Below the pieces are notes generated by a model. That model saw only the letters and a program-made list of their open reading frames with translations. It had not been told where the DNA came from and made no database searches. Shown here one piece after another: positions 1 to 14,349 of a stretch of 64,000 nt of DNA. The stretch's first letter is position 1, and each line of letters begins with the position of its first letter. This DNA is from Ruditapes philippinarum (Eukaryota), in the NCBI RefSeq assembly GCF_026571515.1, contig NW_026859993.1, forward strand, positions 62,001-126,000. The letters run 5' to 3'. The position numbers and the translations under genes are program-made.

Positions 1-894
1 GTCTTATGATGTTTTAATTATGCTGCTTAAGCAAGCTTTAAATCTAATCATTGTACTATTCTATTCCTTTAAGTTTTGAATAGGTATATTTGCTTTCCTT
101 TTTGTCCGGTGCTGGGAATGGCGGTAGGGACGTTTCAAACGCAGATGTACTAGTTTCAAGATACTAATAAAAATACTTTTTCATGTGTTTCATACTTGTG
201 CAGCAGACATTTTTTGTAATCTAAATATTAACCTAGATTTATAAGGAAAGAATGTGTTACTTTGTCGTTGAATTAAATCCGATAATTTCGTTTCAATAAT
301 TTTCCAAATTTGTTGAGTTTTGAAAATAAAAAATGCCATATGTGACCAATATAGTGACCTATGTTTTCTGGTAAAAACAGGAAATAATTTCCCTTTCATA
401 TGTGGTAGAACAGTAATCTTTTCCGCCTTTAAATAACAGAATATTTATATTCCACCTTTCTGAAAAAAAGATAAAAACCAGGCAATGCCCCAAAGTCTGC
501 AATTTATCAGTATATAATGGGTGTCCACTACCCTAAGGGAGTATGAAAATGTTTCCAGATGTGGATTGATCGCCTAAAAAGTGTATCCAGACCAAAGGTA
601 AGTAGGCACGAATAAAAGGATCAAAGATTGTGAATGTTATTAATTCATTAAAATTTTTAAGAAAGGGAAAATTCTTTAACAACCAAGTGTCGCTATTTTT
701 GGAACATCTCTCGTATAAATGTTTCAAAAAAGCATTCACCAAGAATATATAACACTAATGATTTGCTTTTTTGAAGTTGAGAAACGCATCAAGTCTACAT
801 AAAAACCCCATGCACAATAAAACCTCAGTGATCGATTAGATATCGATTTCGCATTCTAACTAAGGATATAGGAAATAGTTTTCTTCTATTACAT

Positions 895-1160
895 CAGGTA
901 CATGACATTATACATTAGGTCATATCGTATACTGATTTATGTCTAATCCAGGTACATGACATTATACATTAGGTCATATCGTATACTGATTTATGTCTAA
1001 TCCAGGTACATGACATTATACATTAGGTCATATCGTATACTGATTTATGTCTAATCCAGGTACATGACATTATACATTAGGTCATATCGTATACTGATTT
1101 ATGTCTAATCCAGGTACATGACATTATACATTAGGTCATATCGTATACTGATTTATGTCT
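895..1160. repeat. 54-bp tandem repeat, about 4.9 identical copies
   Basis: caggtacatgacattatacattaggtcatatcgtatactgatttatgtctaatc at 895, 949, 1003, 1057, 1111. Confidence 0.97.
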
Positions 1161-1439
1161 CATACTGACTATTATGTTCTAAGTTCTTCTGCAGTAAATC
1201 ATGCCATAATGTCAAATAGGGTGTCAACACAGTGCTTTATGCCTCAGTGTAAATGTTCCACAATGATGGCAAATAGGTTGCCAACACAACGACAGGGAAT
1301 TTCTTGCTCTTTCGATGTGCCCCAGCGTTGATTATTGCCATGTATATATATATTTTTGTATATGTTTATATGCTGTATATGTTTATAAGACTAAATAAAC
1401 CTTCTGTTCTGTTCTATTCTGTTGATACGCCATAATAAC

Positions 1440-1562
1440 AAATAGTGTGTCAACACGACGAAGAGTATATTTGTCCTGTATGCGGTGTGCCGCCGCGAAA
1501 ATAGTGTGTCAACACGACAAAGAGTATACTTGTCCTGTATGCGGTGTGCCGCCGCGAAAATA
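1440..1562. repeat. About 59-bp direct tandem duplication
   Basis: aatagtgtgtcaacacgac..gtatgcggtgtgccgccgcgaaaa twice. Confidence 0.9.
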
Positions 1563-2271
1563 TTTTTTAACATCAAAAAGGATGTAAACATATAACGCGA
1601 CATGCGATCGCGTTAACACATCACAATGACAACACAAGCTATTTGTCGCTTTTTGTGTGCCATTTTGAATTTTGTCGTGTTCACACGTCGGCGGCGATCT
1701 TGAATTAAAAGATGAAATTTGTATTTCTGCTGAAACACAAGATACGGAAAATTTGCGTCGAGGTAATATACTTTTGTAATTAGTTATCCTCATATATTTT
1801 TTTCTCAATTATATTACATTCTCTTTAAAAACTTCCTACTTAAGCACCTGTGACCTCTTGTTAAAGACTTAATTAATTAATTATAATTTTGAGGAAGTGA
1901 AAAACACGCTTGTTCCTGTTCGCCCATATAACTGAACCCTTAAAGGTGCTTCATATTGACCATATTATTGATGTCACTCCAGCTGAACCAGTTTAGAAAG
2001 TTTTTTATTTTAATAACACAATCATTTTTACAGTGCAGGTTATTCACATCACGTCAAATTTGTGCAAGAACGAGGAAAAGTTTTGTTTTAAAATATTCCA
2101 TATTTCAAGGAGACCAGTACTATAATTTCCTTGTCGTTATAAACATGTAAATGTTATTAATATTCTATAATATAAAATCATAAAACATGTTGTTATAATA
2201 AGGGATGGACCTCTAAGTGTGGGAAAATGAAACGCATGAAATGATATGCATGAATCGTTTATATGTATATA

Positions 2272-2436
2272 TGAGCAGCGCGTCACGACAAAACCAACAT
2301 AGTGCGTTTGCGACCAGCATGGTCCGCGCAGTCTGATCAGGATCCATGCTGTTCGCTTACAAACTCTATCACAAGTAGAGAAACTGATGCGCAGGCTGGT
2401 CTGGATCCATGCTGGTCGCAAACCCATTATGTTTTT
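2272..2436. mobile_element. Deleted copy of the TGAGCCG MITE family
   Basis: Matches 40108-40344 (gacaaaaccaacat, gcagtctgatcaggatccatgctg). Confidence 0.75.
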
Positions 2437-3383
2437 TGTTATAGTGACATTATTACAATAGCGATGATAAAATTTAATCATTTTAACACTACATCTGGGT
2501 CAATGGACCTAAATAAGTAATCTTAAGCATAATACATGTAAACAATATACCTATGTGCTCGCAAATTACGAAATAAACTCTGATTTGTTCTTTTCTGTTC
2601 TTTAAATATTATTTCCACGAACTGATGATTGAACAGTGCACCTCATAAATGATGTAATATATCAATAGTCTAGAGATTAATAGAAACACCATATGCACAT
2701 ATATATCATTAATTGAAATATTCAAACCAAAAATAGAATTAAAATGGCCATAATTCAATAAAAAAAAATTCCAGATGTGACGAGAATGGCGCATTTCTCA
2801 ATTAATTGCGTTGATGAAAATTGCATCGCACCAATAATTCTGTAAAATAAATGGTCTTAATTTACTTATTTAGAAAATTACTGCTTAAATAACTTCCATT
2901 TATTACATCATATATGTGCATAAATATCGCCTAGATTAATTAATGCCGTAACTGAACGATGTATTATGCATTCTTAATTCATAAGTAAACATTGTGAGTG
3001 AGTATTAATGGGTGGGTTTACTACACGTGGTTACGTCACGAGACGGATATATGCGGGAAAATACCTGTCAAACTGAGGCTAACAAAGTATGTCCAGTTCC
3101 GGTTTAACATACCGTTCCTAAATTTTGCCGACCACTTATTAAAGGCGTATGCTTAATAATTAGATATTCATTTTTTTATAAAGGTAGTAAAACGTAAACA
3201 AAGCGGTATGTTGAGTTACATACAAAAATACTAAATCAAGCAAATGTGTTACTGAGTATACTTTTTTCAGGACATTGGGCACCAAAAGTGCCTTATTGTA
3301 CTTTTGGTGCCCAATAAGTGCCTTATTTGTTGGGCTCATCTGGAGGCATACGTCTTTAACATGCTACTATTTGTAGCATATAA

Positions 3384-3435
3384 CACAGGCGTTCGGCACA
3401 TTTGCCAAAAATGGCAAATGTGCCGAACGCCTGTG
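3384..3435. mobile_element. 52-bp TIR-only element with 8-bp TSD (P/hAT type)
   Basis: Perfect 24-bp IR with 4-nt loop; GCATATAA at 3376-3383 and 3436-3443. Confidence 0.8.
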
Positions 3436-3481
3436 GCATATAAGTACCTCATTGTACTAAAATGCTACTAATTGTAGCTAA

Positions 3482-4164
3482 TTAAAGCTGTATGCCTCCA
3501 GATGAGCCCAACAAATTGTGCACCAGGCCTTTTTATTATACAAACGATGGTCTTTACCGACATACATGTATTAATATCAGTTTGTAATTCGGTCGACCTT
3601 GCAGTTGAAATATTGAGAATAACCTCCAGAAGCGCCAAACTTTTTTCAAGAAAAGCAAAATTTCAAATGTTTTACTAGGACTTTCAGAAAAGTAAAAATA
3701 TTCAAGTAAAATCTACAAAGTGTGTGCCATTTATTACTAATTTTGAAGTATTTTTCACCATGATTATTTCTACCGCGTGACTAACGCAGTAAAGGCTGTT
3801 TTTGGATATTTGAACATCTTTTTATCAATTTACGTGGATTGTAGAATCAGTGGTCCAGCTTCGGGACAGGATCTGTTTCGACTAATTCAATATCGTTTTC
3901 CCAGAAAATCGGCATTTTATAAGAAAATAAGCTGCCAACATGTGATTAGATACACATTGCTTGATATTATACACAAAACATTCAAATGCCAGAAATATTT
4001 CAAAGAAAACGGCATCAAAGAAACCGGAACTGGTCCTGTATCTGAACTGGTTACTTGACTGTATGTATAAATTACTTTGTTTGTTCACTTCACTATATTA
4101 ACTTTTTAAAACATTTTTTAAAGTTTTATGAAATAAGCATGAATCTGGAGGCATGCTGCCTTAA
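3482..4164. mobile_element. Kolobok-like non-autonomous element (TTAA-flanked); related ends at about 3138-3359
   Basis: ttaa-agctgtatgcctccagat ... atctggaggcatgctgcc-ttaa. Confidence 0.6.
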
Positions 4165-4326
4165 AACTAAAAATAATAGTACTTTGTAAGTATACATTAA
4201 TGTTAGTCTATTGGTCTGTTATGCAAAAAGAAAATCTGTCGTATATAGTGTAACCCTTACAAACGCTACTAGTTTAGACTGAAAAATTACAGTGATTTTT
4301 TGTCATAATCTTGATCTAATGTTACT

Positions 4327-4329
4327 CAT

Positions 4330-4370
<41 letters not shown>

Positions 4371-4390
4371 TCATCGCCATCATCATCATT
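4327..4390. repeat. (CAT)n(CAG)n microsatellite
   Basis: Direct reading. Confidence 0.9.
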
Positions 4391-4568
4391 ATAATTATTG
4401 AAGATTATATCATTATTTTTAAGTTCTTTTTATAATTTGATATAATTTAGTTTTCATATAGGAATCTTCGGACACTTTTACGAGCTCCCTAGTCAAAGTG
4501 AGGTAACTTTACAGTGAGGATCGGCGTGATAATAAGTTTATCACCGATCTTAACCCCCTATTAACATT

Positions 4569-4681
4569 TGCGCCGCGCCATGACAAAACCTACATAATGG
4601 GTTTGTAAGCGAACAGCATGGATCCTGATCAGACTGCGCGGATGCAAACCCATTATGTTGGTTTTGTCATGGCGCGGCTCA
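4569..4681. mobile_element. Internally deleted copy of the TGAGCCG MITE family
   Basis: gccgcgccatgacaaaacc ... ggttttgtcatggcgcggctca. Confidence 0.75.
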
Positions 4682-7600
4682 TTTATTAGTTATATTAGTT
4701 AAGAATAATAGAAATCGGAGTCTGCAGCAAATTTGACAAATTTACAAAACAAATAAATTATCTCGCCAGTATGAAAACATTGAAAATAAATTGATACAAA
4801 TTTTGTAATGTAAGTTTAACATATATAATTATTTATATTACTTCAATAAACTCTTGAAAAACTTTCGATAAATTAGAAAAATAAAAACTTCATAACATTA
4901 CCTTTTTTACAGAATTGTGCTGTTTTGTATTATCCTTTTAATTATCCTAAAGTTAATTATGCGTCACTCTTTTAGTGGTCAAAAATAGTCATACTTTACA
5001 CATTGTCCTAATAACGAAAATCACACACCGTTTTAAAGCACGATCACATTTTTTACAGTGCACAAATTTCTAAAACGTCAACATAATTCCACAACTCCTA
5101 ACTATCAACGACACCAAATATACGCAAACTTAATATGAGAAATATCCGTGAGTTATGAAACAATTCGCATTTCTTGTAACCGCAGTTTATGTAAAAGAAA
5201 AAGATCGATGCGTCATAATTAATGTTGTTTGTGTGTATAATATAGTTAATATACCGTATGATTGAGTTCAAATATTGAGTAACACTGTAAAATTAAGAAA
5301 CTTTTAATTAATTAAGAACATGCTTAGTTTTAACAATACAAATCTTTTTTTCAGCGTCATTTCCCGTTTGTCTCTATGTTGGTTTTAGTCATTCATTTTC
5401 TTCCTTAATAGTTTTTCCTTTTACATAAAAAAAAATCTTACGTATTTTTCTCAAGTTGATATATACAAGTATTTATGAACTCTTGTATAAGACTAATACT
5501 TAAAATACTCCACATAATTAGACTGCATACTTAATTAAGGCGGCTTCAACAGGAAGTCGCCATGGTGCCAGAATTACAAAAGTCATAAACCACTCAATTA
5601 AAACGATTTTGTAAGGAACACATATATATCTGCACAGCAAAATTTCAATGACACCGTCAATGAACTATGGGCAGCAAGAAATATACTGGACACTTTCCGA
5701 CATGAAGCAAATTTATGTAAAAACATGGTCACGTATTTCATTAACCTAACAATACACCTGATAAGACCCTTATGTAGTTATCTTTACCGCTAGGTGGGGC
5801 TTCAAGTAATGGATTGATAACAGAATATGGTTGATAACGAAGCTCTATTTATGTGAAACAGCGAATTAGCCATGACAAAGAAGACATTTGTCGAATTGTT
5901 TAAACAAATCTTAAATAATCTTGTATATATAGTTTCCGTTATTTTTTTTTAAAGTTTCATTATTCTAAGGTTTTCTAATACTTAGGGTGTTGTGTTTTTT
6001 TCTTGTTCAGTTGAAATCCATCTGATTTGTGATATTGTATCGCTGTACATATATTATATACAAGAATACTGGTTCTAAACCAATCAATTATAACCTCTCA
6101 ATCCCACATAGTCTAATTTAGGAAATTACAAGGATATATTTAATACAGATTTTCTGTATAAGTGAACTAGACATTTTGTAATTATGTTAGATTTTCTGTA
6201 CAATCAAAAAAATGCAGATGTTTTATGAACTTTGGAAAAAAAACAACCTGTAAGTTATTTAATATGTCAGGTCTGGCGTTCATAAACTATCAAATACCCC
6301 CAAAAAAGTTCTTTAAAACGCAGCTTATTTTACTCGTACATATACGAGTATAAAATTTGCATTTTCTCCCTAAGAATTACATTTACATGTACTTCTGATT
6401 AATTGTGGTCCATCCTCTAAAAATAATACTATGAATGTTTTCTCAAAACATATTGTCCATTCAGTGTGACATACTATTTTAATATCTATTTTTTTTTTAT
6501 TATTATTATTCTAATGTACTGATTGTGCATATCCCTATGTTGATATATACACTAATCTGACACTAAATAATCATATAATTATCGCGTTAATCACGTGTTT
6601 AACGCATTAAATAAATAGTAAATAACTACACATTTACCTATGGAAAGCCAGAAGTGCCTTTCGTTTAGACAAACTGATACGTTTGGTGGTAGGATGTGGA
6701 GTCAAGTTAAGTCAAGTTTTAGGGTTAAACCTTCAATTAGTTCAGTCAAGTATTCAATGTTAAGTCAATACGACATCTGGTTCAGTCAAGTTGGCACTAC
6801 ATGTTTGAGTCATATGGTCAAAATGACATTAGACTGAGTCTATTTTGCAAGCAAATGAGGCTACTTACCTGTGAACAAAAGACTGTTTTGGCGTTCCATA
6901 TATTCTCTGTAAGGCTTTAAATTGTTATTACTATTAGCAGAGTAACGGTTTAAAACCTTGGAAAATATGGACTGTAAATCAGTGAAGTCCCACAGCCTCA
7001 TTTTTCAAGTTGACACCTTTTCATTTTAATAACGATACGGTTTTGGGATCCTGTGATAAGCAGCTAGCTAGAACTCTACTGGCCATGCATTAAAATATAT
7101 AGAAATACTTTTTCCCGAAATTTTCTTTCACAAATTAAGTAAAAATCTTACATTCGGTACAGACGTGTGCACGTCAATAACATTAGTCTGAACGGGTCGT
7201 GTCATAATTTTCCTGACATAATTCTTCCTAAGACAGGAGTAAATTGATCTAATCAACATAAAACATAAATATTCGATATTGATACATGACCTTACAACAA
7301 AATTACATCAATTTACTAAATCTAGTTTGCCATATTACCATAATATTCTCATTTAGAGCTCAAAAGTGGGCCATATTCGGAAAGCCTAGCCGATTACTAA
7401 TAATCAATAGGTCACATCCGAAGTTTGACGGAAAATGCCGAAAAGTTGCGACTGAAATAAACGATGGGACAGGATAAAAAGAGTGAAATTTATAGAATTT
7501 ATTTATTTATTTATTAGAAGGGCAAACTACCCGTAAATTTCGGAATGCTATAAAACCCTTCATATCGTCGCTTAATTACTTGATTGTGTCTTCAAGTGAA

Positions 7601-8846
7601 GGGGTATACCGAATGTCCACGGTAACAAGATAAATGTATATGTATTGGCAAACATTTATTCCGATAACTTTAAAAAAAAAGATGTTAATACATTACTGGC
7701 ACATTATGCACGCGTTCGTTTATTAAATTTACACACGTACATACGCAAGCAAACAAATATCCAATAATGCTATGATTTATACATGTATCGTGAATTTTCT
7801 TTTCTTTGCAAGTATACCAGTAGTGTAAGAATTTAATCAAGAATACCTTCAGTTAGTTTCCTTGAAATGCCTGCACTGCCTACGTATAACATTATGCAAG
7901 TGTTCGGCGATAGATAAGATTTCTTAGAGAAAACTGTGAGGTCTGGAAAATAGCAGAAAACTAGTAGTCGAAACGAAGGAAACAGACAGTGTGTAATTTG
8001 GTGTGTTTAAATGCGTGCATATGTTATGTAGGTAAAACACAATAAACTGTATAAAAGATGCGATTATCAAAGCGTATATTGTTTAATATGGTGAAACCCT
8101 GATCGTCCCAGCTTTAAGTTCAGTGATTATTTATTGTATTTCAAAAAGGAATTGTCGATACAAATTCGAAATTTTCTGAAATATTTTCAAATTTTATAGG
8201 TAGAATGTTTATATTAGCAATAATTTTATCAAAAATTATAAATTATTTACACTACGTTACATATGAAAAAAAAGCGTAAAACAAACCTCAGTCGCCCAAC
8301 ATCGTCTTAACATAGTCTTAAACAGTCCAAAACAGTCATATATCAGCCTCCGAATTATTCCCATGCAGATAAATGTCAGACCAGTTGTTCCGTGAATTGC
8401 AAACTTTTATCGACTGCATGTCAGTTACTTTTATTACTCTCATATCCATCTATATATAAGCACAGAGCGTGCGCTTTAATATATTCAAGTTTGAAAGAAA
8501 ACACTTGTATAAATGTAAACAAAAAACATCAAAGATTCATTTAAACTTATTCTATGAGTGTTTACAACACTTCTCTATAGCATGTATTTCGGCTAACTGT
8601 CAGACACAGGAAAATCCGTTGGCATGGTAACCATTTCCAATAACAGCGTTGAGCGTTAACATTCTGAATACGGAAAACAGTCTTCTTGCTTTCTCTATTT
8701 TATGACTGTTACAAGAATCGATTCAACGATAATAAATTTTCTGTCGCAGACGACATGCTCCCAAGAGCAGTTGTGCCGATATTTTTAAGTAATGCATATT
8801 TGCCAGCGTTGTTGTTGTTTTTCTTTTTCACAATCAACACGCAAAT

Positions 8847-9325
8847 GAACGAATATGTTCAAATTGTAATATGAATGTTATAGAAAACGAGTACCACTTT
8901 CTTTTAGTATGCCCAAAATATACTAACTTAAGAAAAACCTACTTCAATCCATATTTTTGCGATTGGCCTACTAAGAAAAAAATTATCTCACTTATGAATT
9001 TAGACTCTGTTAAAAGTAGTATGAATGTCAGCAAATTTATATGCAAAGCTTTCCATATGCAATACTACTTCTTTATTCCAAAACAAATTTCATTATCATA
9101 ACCTGAAATAACACAACAGATAAATGATAAAAATGATGAGAAATATTGTTAAGGAAAGACTTTAAAAAATCGATTATGTGCACTCTGTTAAAAATAATAA
9201 TTTAAGATTAATTTGTATAAATCATTTGTATAATTCTCTGTTAACCATGTACTTGCCCTTATATGTTTGTAATATATTTAGAAATGGCTATGAATTAATG
9301 CTGAATAAATATTATGTTATGTTAT
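8847..9325 (+). mobile_element. 5'-truncated LINE 3' end with about 30-bp TSD
   Basis: C-terminal CxxC..ENEYHFLLVCP motif, aataaa plus (ttatg)n tail; 8817-8846 and 9326-9355 match 29/30. Confidence 0.8.
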
Positions 9326-9550
9326 GTTTTTCTTTTTCATAATCAACACGCAAATCTTGCTGTTATTAAGATATATCATAAGATAACGTACGGTAATAGA
9401 GAATAGAATGAAATGAAAAACAACACAACGACGGACATTTTTCTGTCTCCTAGCTCTAGTGTGTGTGTTTTTTTTAAATCATGCGCGCATTACTTTAGAA
9501 TGATGCCTTCAGGGTGGCTTAAAAATGATTAACCAATGTAATCTCCTCTA

Positions 9551-9698
9551 GACTTTTGTAAATTGTTATAACTGGGAGAGGACACTCATAAGCTTTAAAG
9601 CTTTCTTCTCAATCCCAAAATGTACCTTGTAAATATTGTTCACTTGTTAAATGTTTGTTGATTAAATATGTAATAAATGTAATAAATAAACTAAAACC
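9551..9698 (+). mobile_element. Short LINE-tail-like insertion with 11-bp TSD
   Basis: aatctcctcta at 9540-9550 and 9699-9709; ends aataaataaactaaa. Confidence 0.55.
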
Positions 9699-9959
9699 AA
9701 TCTCCTCTATAGATTTCTTTTTGGAATTATGTTATATTAGTAGATGATTCCCCAATGGTGGGTAATCAAAGCACGGAAAATACTGGTATTGAAATTGTCA
9801 TTGTCGGGCAAGATTATTTCTAAGCTGAGATATTATTACTGAGGCATGATTACGATGTACATGTATTGTTACAAGTGATGACGTCGCAGTGGAAAAAGAC
9901 AAAGATGCACAAAAAGGGGAGAACAGGAAAAAAGGGAGAGGTTACTTGACATCCGTCAG

Positions 9960-11940
9960 GTTTTACTTATTCATCAGAGATTTTGATAAACCTTTAGACT
10001 ATTGATGGCAAGAATTTCTACTAATGCGACCTGTGCAAAGCAAGATCAGCCGACACAGCATTAAATGTATTTCCAGGTACATGCTGATCAGCTAAGATGT
10101 GCCGCTTGCATCTTAATGAAATACTGTCTGAAGACTTAACCCCAGAGTCGAACATTTAGTGGTTTCCAGCCCATCTCCCCACTAATTGCTTCCAACACCC
10201 AAACATATCGCATGACTGTATTTTGAATTGTATTTATACATGGAAAATTCCTATCTCCCCAAAAAGGTGCACTGTAGTTTATAATGGGTCACATCAATGA
10301 ATCACACAATTTTGTAAATGTTAAGTACTTATAACCACCTGACATAGCAACATTCTTTGCAATTTCTTGAACATCTAAAAATTCAATTAAACAATACCAA
10401 GATATTTATAACTATGGACATATTCTAATACATTTGAGTTTGTTCCAAATACATGATCAGATCGTTGCATACTATTTATTCGAAAGCGTATTATATTTGA
10501 CTTTTCATAATTCACAATCATCAAATTATTGGAGCACCAATCTGACAAATGATCTAACGTATACTTCAAATCATCAGCATTCTCAGCTAAGAGAACAACA
10601 TCGTGTGCATACAAAAGAATACTTATTTTGTCATTATCAACTTTGATACCTTTATCCAAGCTTTTCATCAAATATGCTAAATCAGTTATATACAAGTTGA
10701 AAAGCATTGGAGATAGAGGACAGCCTTGTTTCAATCCACACTTTATATCAAACCAGTGGGAATCAAAACCATTTACACGTACACAACATTTAACATCCTT
10801 ATACAATGATATAATGGCTTGAACAAGTTTACGCTCAAGTCGCAAATGCCGCAACTTTCCTATAAACAATTTCTATCTCACATATCGTATACCTTTTTAA
10901 AATCAATAAATGAGGCAAAAGTAGGAAACCTGTTTAATTTGCGAGTTTCAACAATAGTGGTGAGTAATTGTATCTGATCTACTGTACATTTACCCTTACA
11001 AAAACCGTTCTGTTTATCACAAATAGAGTTATTATCTTCACACCACTTGGTCAAACGGTTATTTAAAATACTACAGTAGATTTTATACATGCAGGGTGCC
11101 AGTATGATTCCCCTATAGGATAAGGGATCACGGGCATCTACTGTAGAAGACTTGGGAATTGGTGTAATGATATCCTTTGATCAAGCGGAGGGAACACTTC
11201 CACTCATGTAACTAAGAAGCATAACCAAGTCTGAATCATTTTTCAACAATTCACTCGGTATTTCATCATGACCAGGAGCCTTTCAAGACATGGCATGCAA
11301 TATACATTTACGCACCTCATCAATAGTGAATAAATTGTTTACCCCTGAATCATCTTCAGTCTGGCTGACATCCCCATTTAATTCATGTACAACCGTAGTA
11401 TTCGTAGGGTAAAGAAGTGTCTCAATCCCATTTTTGAAAGACAACCATAGTATAAGAACTTATGGAACCGTCATAAAGTCTGACTTCAAATGGAATCTTT
11501 TTGTGACGTTTATTTCCAATAGCAGTTTTACCAATTTTTCTCCAAAATGACCTAGAATCTTTATCTAGAGCTACTTCAAGCTCACCCTGAGCTTTATAAA
11601 CAAACTGACTCTTGACCTTCTGCACGATCGAATTATTTTCATTTGTTTGAGATGTTGCCTTTTACTATCTTTACATTTCAACCAATCCCTTTCTGCTTTA
11701 TTTTTCTGCATATTTTTCGACAAGCCTGTAAGTTTTAAAGACCGTCAAGGTTTCTTTACCTTATGTTTCATATTGGTATGATTACTGGAAAAAAGGTGAC
11801 TGTTTTATATTGAAGTTTACTTGACATTTCATTATGTATAATACCAACAAAATGACTGTTTGCATCATCAAGACCCATCTGTGACACAGCTGCACTCTTC
11901 AGCTGATCAATAGTTTGACAAAAAATTAAAGTAACTTGCT
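9960..11940 (-). mobile_element. Decayed non-LTR retrotransposon (CR1/L2-like) reverse transcriptase
   Basis: QNGF..GK, FIDFKKVYD, GLKQGCPLSPMLFNLYI, LLYAHD (YADD mutated), YKYLG in several broken frames. Confidence 0.9.
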
Positions 11941-14349
11941 ATATATTCTAACTTCGCAAAGCTATTTTGATGGTAGGTAGTGTTATTACGAGCCACGTGT
12001 TACCAGCGTGGCATTTGTTCTTCGTAAACGTTTATCAACATTTTACACATAAAAAATGTTTGCATGCAAAGACGATAATATATACTTACTCAATATCAAT
12101 ATCATTTGACAGAGAATTAGTAAAGGGCTTTGATTTTTCTATAGATTGAAGTAATATTACATTAAAGCATCATTGAATATGATGATAGCACACCATTCAT
12201 AATCTTTTTTCTCTCATTTTTTCAAAAGAGACATTTGTCAAACCATAAAAGATAAATACTGCGCTGTACAATGTATTATGCCATTTCCAATATTCGTAAT
12301 TACCAGCTGCCGGTTTATCTATAGTTTCTTTACCAGGTAGTGTTATTTAGAATGTCATAACTCACCCTACAGGTGGGCGTAATTAAGATATTTAAAGGAA
12401 ATGAAATCTAAAGCAAGATATAGAACGACATAATTATGACAACAAACAAGATGCCCATCAATGTAATATATACGAAATATGGTAATTAAAGAAAATCGAC
12501 AGCAATCTATTTACAAAATGCACAAGTCCCATAATAGCTGGCAACATCAGCAGTATACATACATAAATATATATGGATACATAATGGAAAACGGCGATAT
12601 TACATTCTTCAAATCGAATGTGTACACCTTTCATAATAACCTGAACAAAACAAAACGAAATCATATCAAGAAAAATTATTATCCAGGTCATATACAAGTT
12701 TTATCTCTACATCAGTGTTGTTTGTGCCGTATGGAGGCTGTTAAAAGTACATTCAAAAGATATTATATTTTCCGATCTATAAAGTTCGTTCAGCACGACA
12801 TTATTGTTGTTTGTGGTATTTTTAGTTTTAACTAATTGGCATTTTCTAGTTGGGTGGTTCCAATATTCCTTCTTGAATAATGTTGAATCACCATTAGGAT
12901 ACCTGGATATGATGTCTGCTTTTTAATTTTGTCTTTTGAGGTCTTATCAGTGATATCAAAACTTCATAACCTCTGATTCCCTTTCTCGTTTAGGGCACAC
13001 GTACGCTTTCTATTACCTGGGGATCATACGCCACTTTTCATGGAATGGCACGGAAGTGTCACATTGAAGGTTTCATTATAACCGCCGTATGAACACATCT
13101 GCGAATGTTTCTTACTTCAAAATACAATAGCTGGACACAAATAGCAAAATAAGTGAAAATATGTGATTAAATTGTGGTCAAACAATTCGAGACGTTTAAA
13201 TACGTTTCTTTTGTCTACTTTTGTGTCTGTTGGGAATATCCAACATCTAGAGCAATATTTATTTAACTTACATATAACTTTAAGGAAGTAGGTCAAAAAA
13301 TCTTTTTCATGCCACGAATTCGCTAAAGTTGGTATAGCACCATGGTACAATTTGTCTGACAATACAAATGTTCTTTCCGTTTTCTAAAATAAAATAACTA
13401 ACTTCACAATAGTTTTACTAACATGAAGTTTTTTTATATAAGCTTATTCATAATGAAAGCCCTCAATCTCGCCGTTTTGGGCTTTCTTTAGGGATTCTAT
13501 TTTTTTCCCTATTGAATGTCAAGAGTAATTAACACCAAAGTATTTTTCTATACATGTAGTTGATATAAAAATGATGAAAGATGAAAAAGGGAATAGAAAA
13601 GGTTCATATTTGAATTTTGGATTTGCATGTAAGTAAAAGAAAATGTGGGCAATGTACTTATAAGATAAAGATCTCATTTCATTAAATACTTAGTGTAATA
13701 GTGTGAAATTATATAATTTTTTATATTTTATAGATAGCCGAAAAGACATATTATTTCATATGTTGTAAATATCTTAAGATCTTAGACTACTTTTCATAGT
13801 TCAACAGAAGTGATTACATGTGGCATAATTTCAACATTTTCCTGAAAGAGAAAGAGCTTTTGTGTACATATAAAATAGACACAGAATGCCTGAAATAATT
13901 CAAAGGCCAAAAAGTATTGTAAATATGCTTCAATCAATATATAATGATTTCTTTAAATGTTTCATTATTTACCTCTTTCGTGAAAAACAGGAAAAGGAAA
14001 ATAATGTAATATACATGCAGCATAGAGAGCATATTTTTTAGTAATCTCAAATAAGAAGAATAGTAAATATTCTAAAATATCTAGAAATGAAGTATCTTCA
14101 TGTTTCACAATTTGACGTGCAAGTTTCACTGACTCTTTCTTAATTAAACATCCTATGTGAAATATGTTAATATAGATGTTAGAATATACTGTTTTTCAAC
14201 AGGAATCATTAATATCCTAAGATTTGTGTTTAATATGTATACATGGTGAATTAGTGTGTTGACATGTTTCATCTTTCAGTACATTAATTTACAATTTACA
14301 AAGCATAGCTAATATATGTAACATAGAGAAAAATCAAGAAAAAACAAAA

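Noticed and set aside
895-1160. CRISPR or iteron array
   Set aside because: Contiguous identical 54-bp units with no spacers
10387-11625. Active reverse transcriptase gene
   Set aside because: Fragmented across frames and the catalytic YADD is mutated to YAHD
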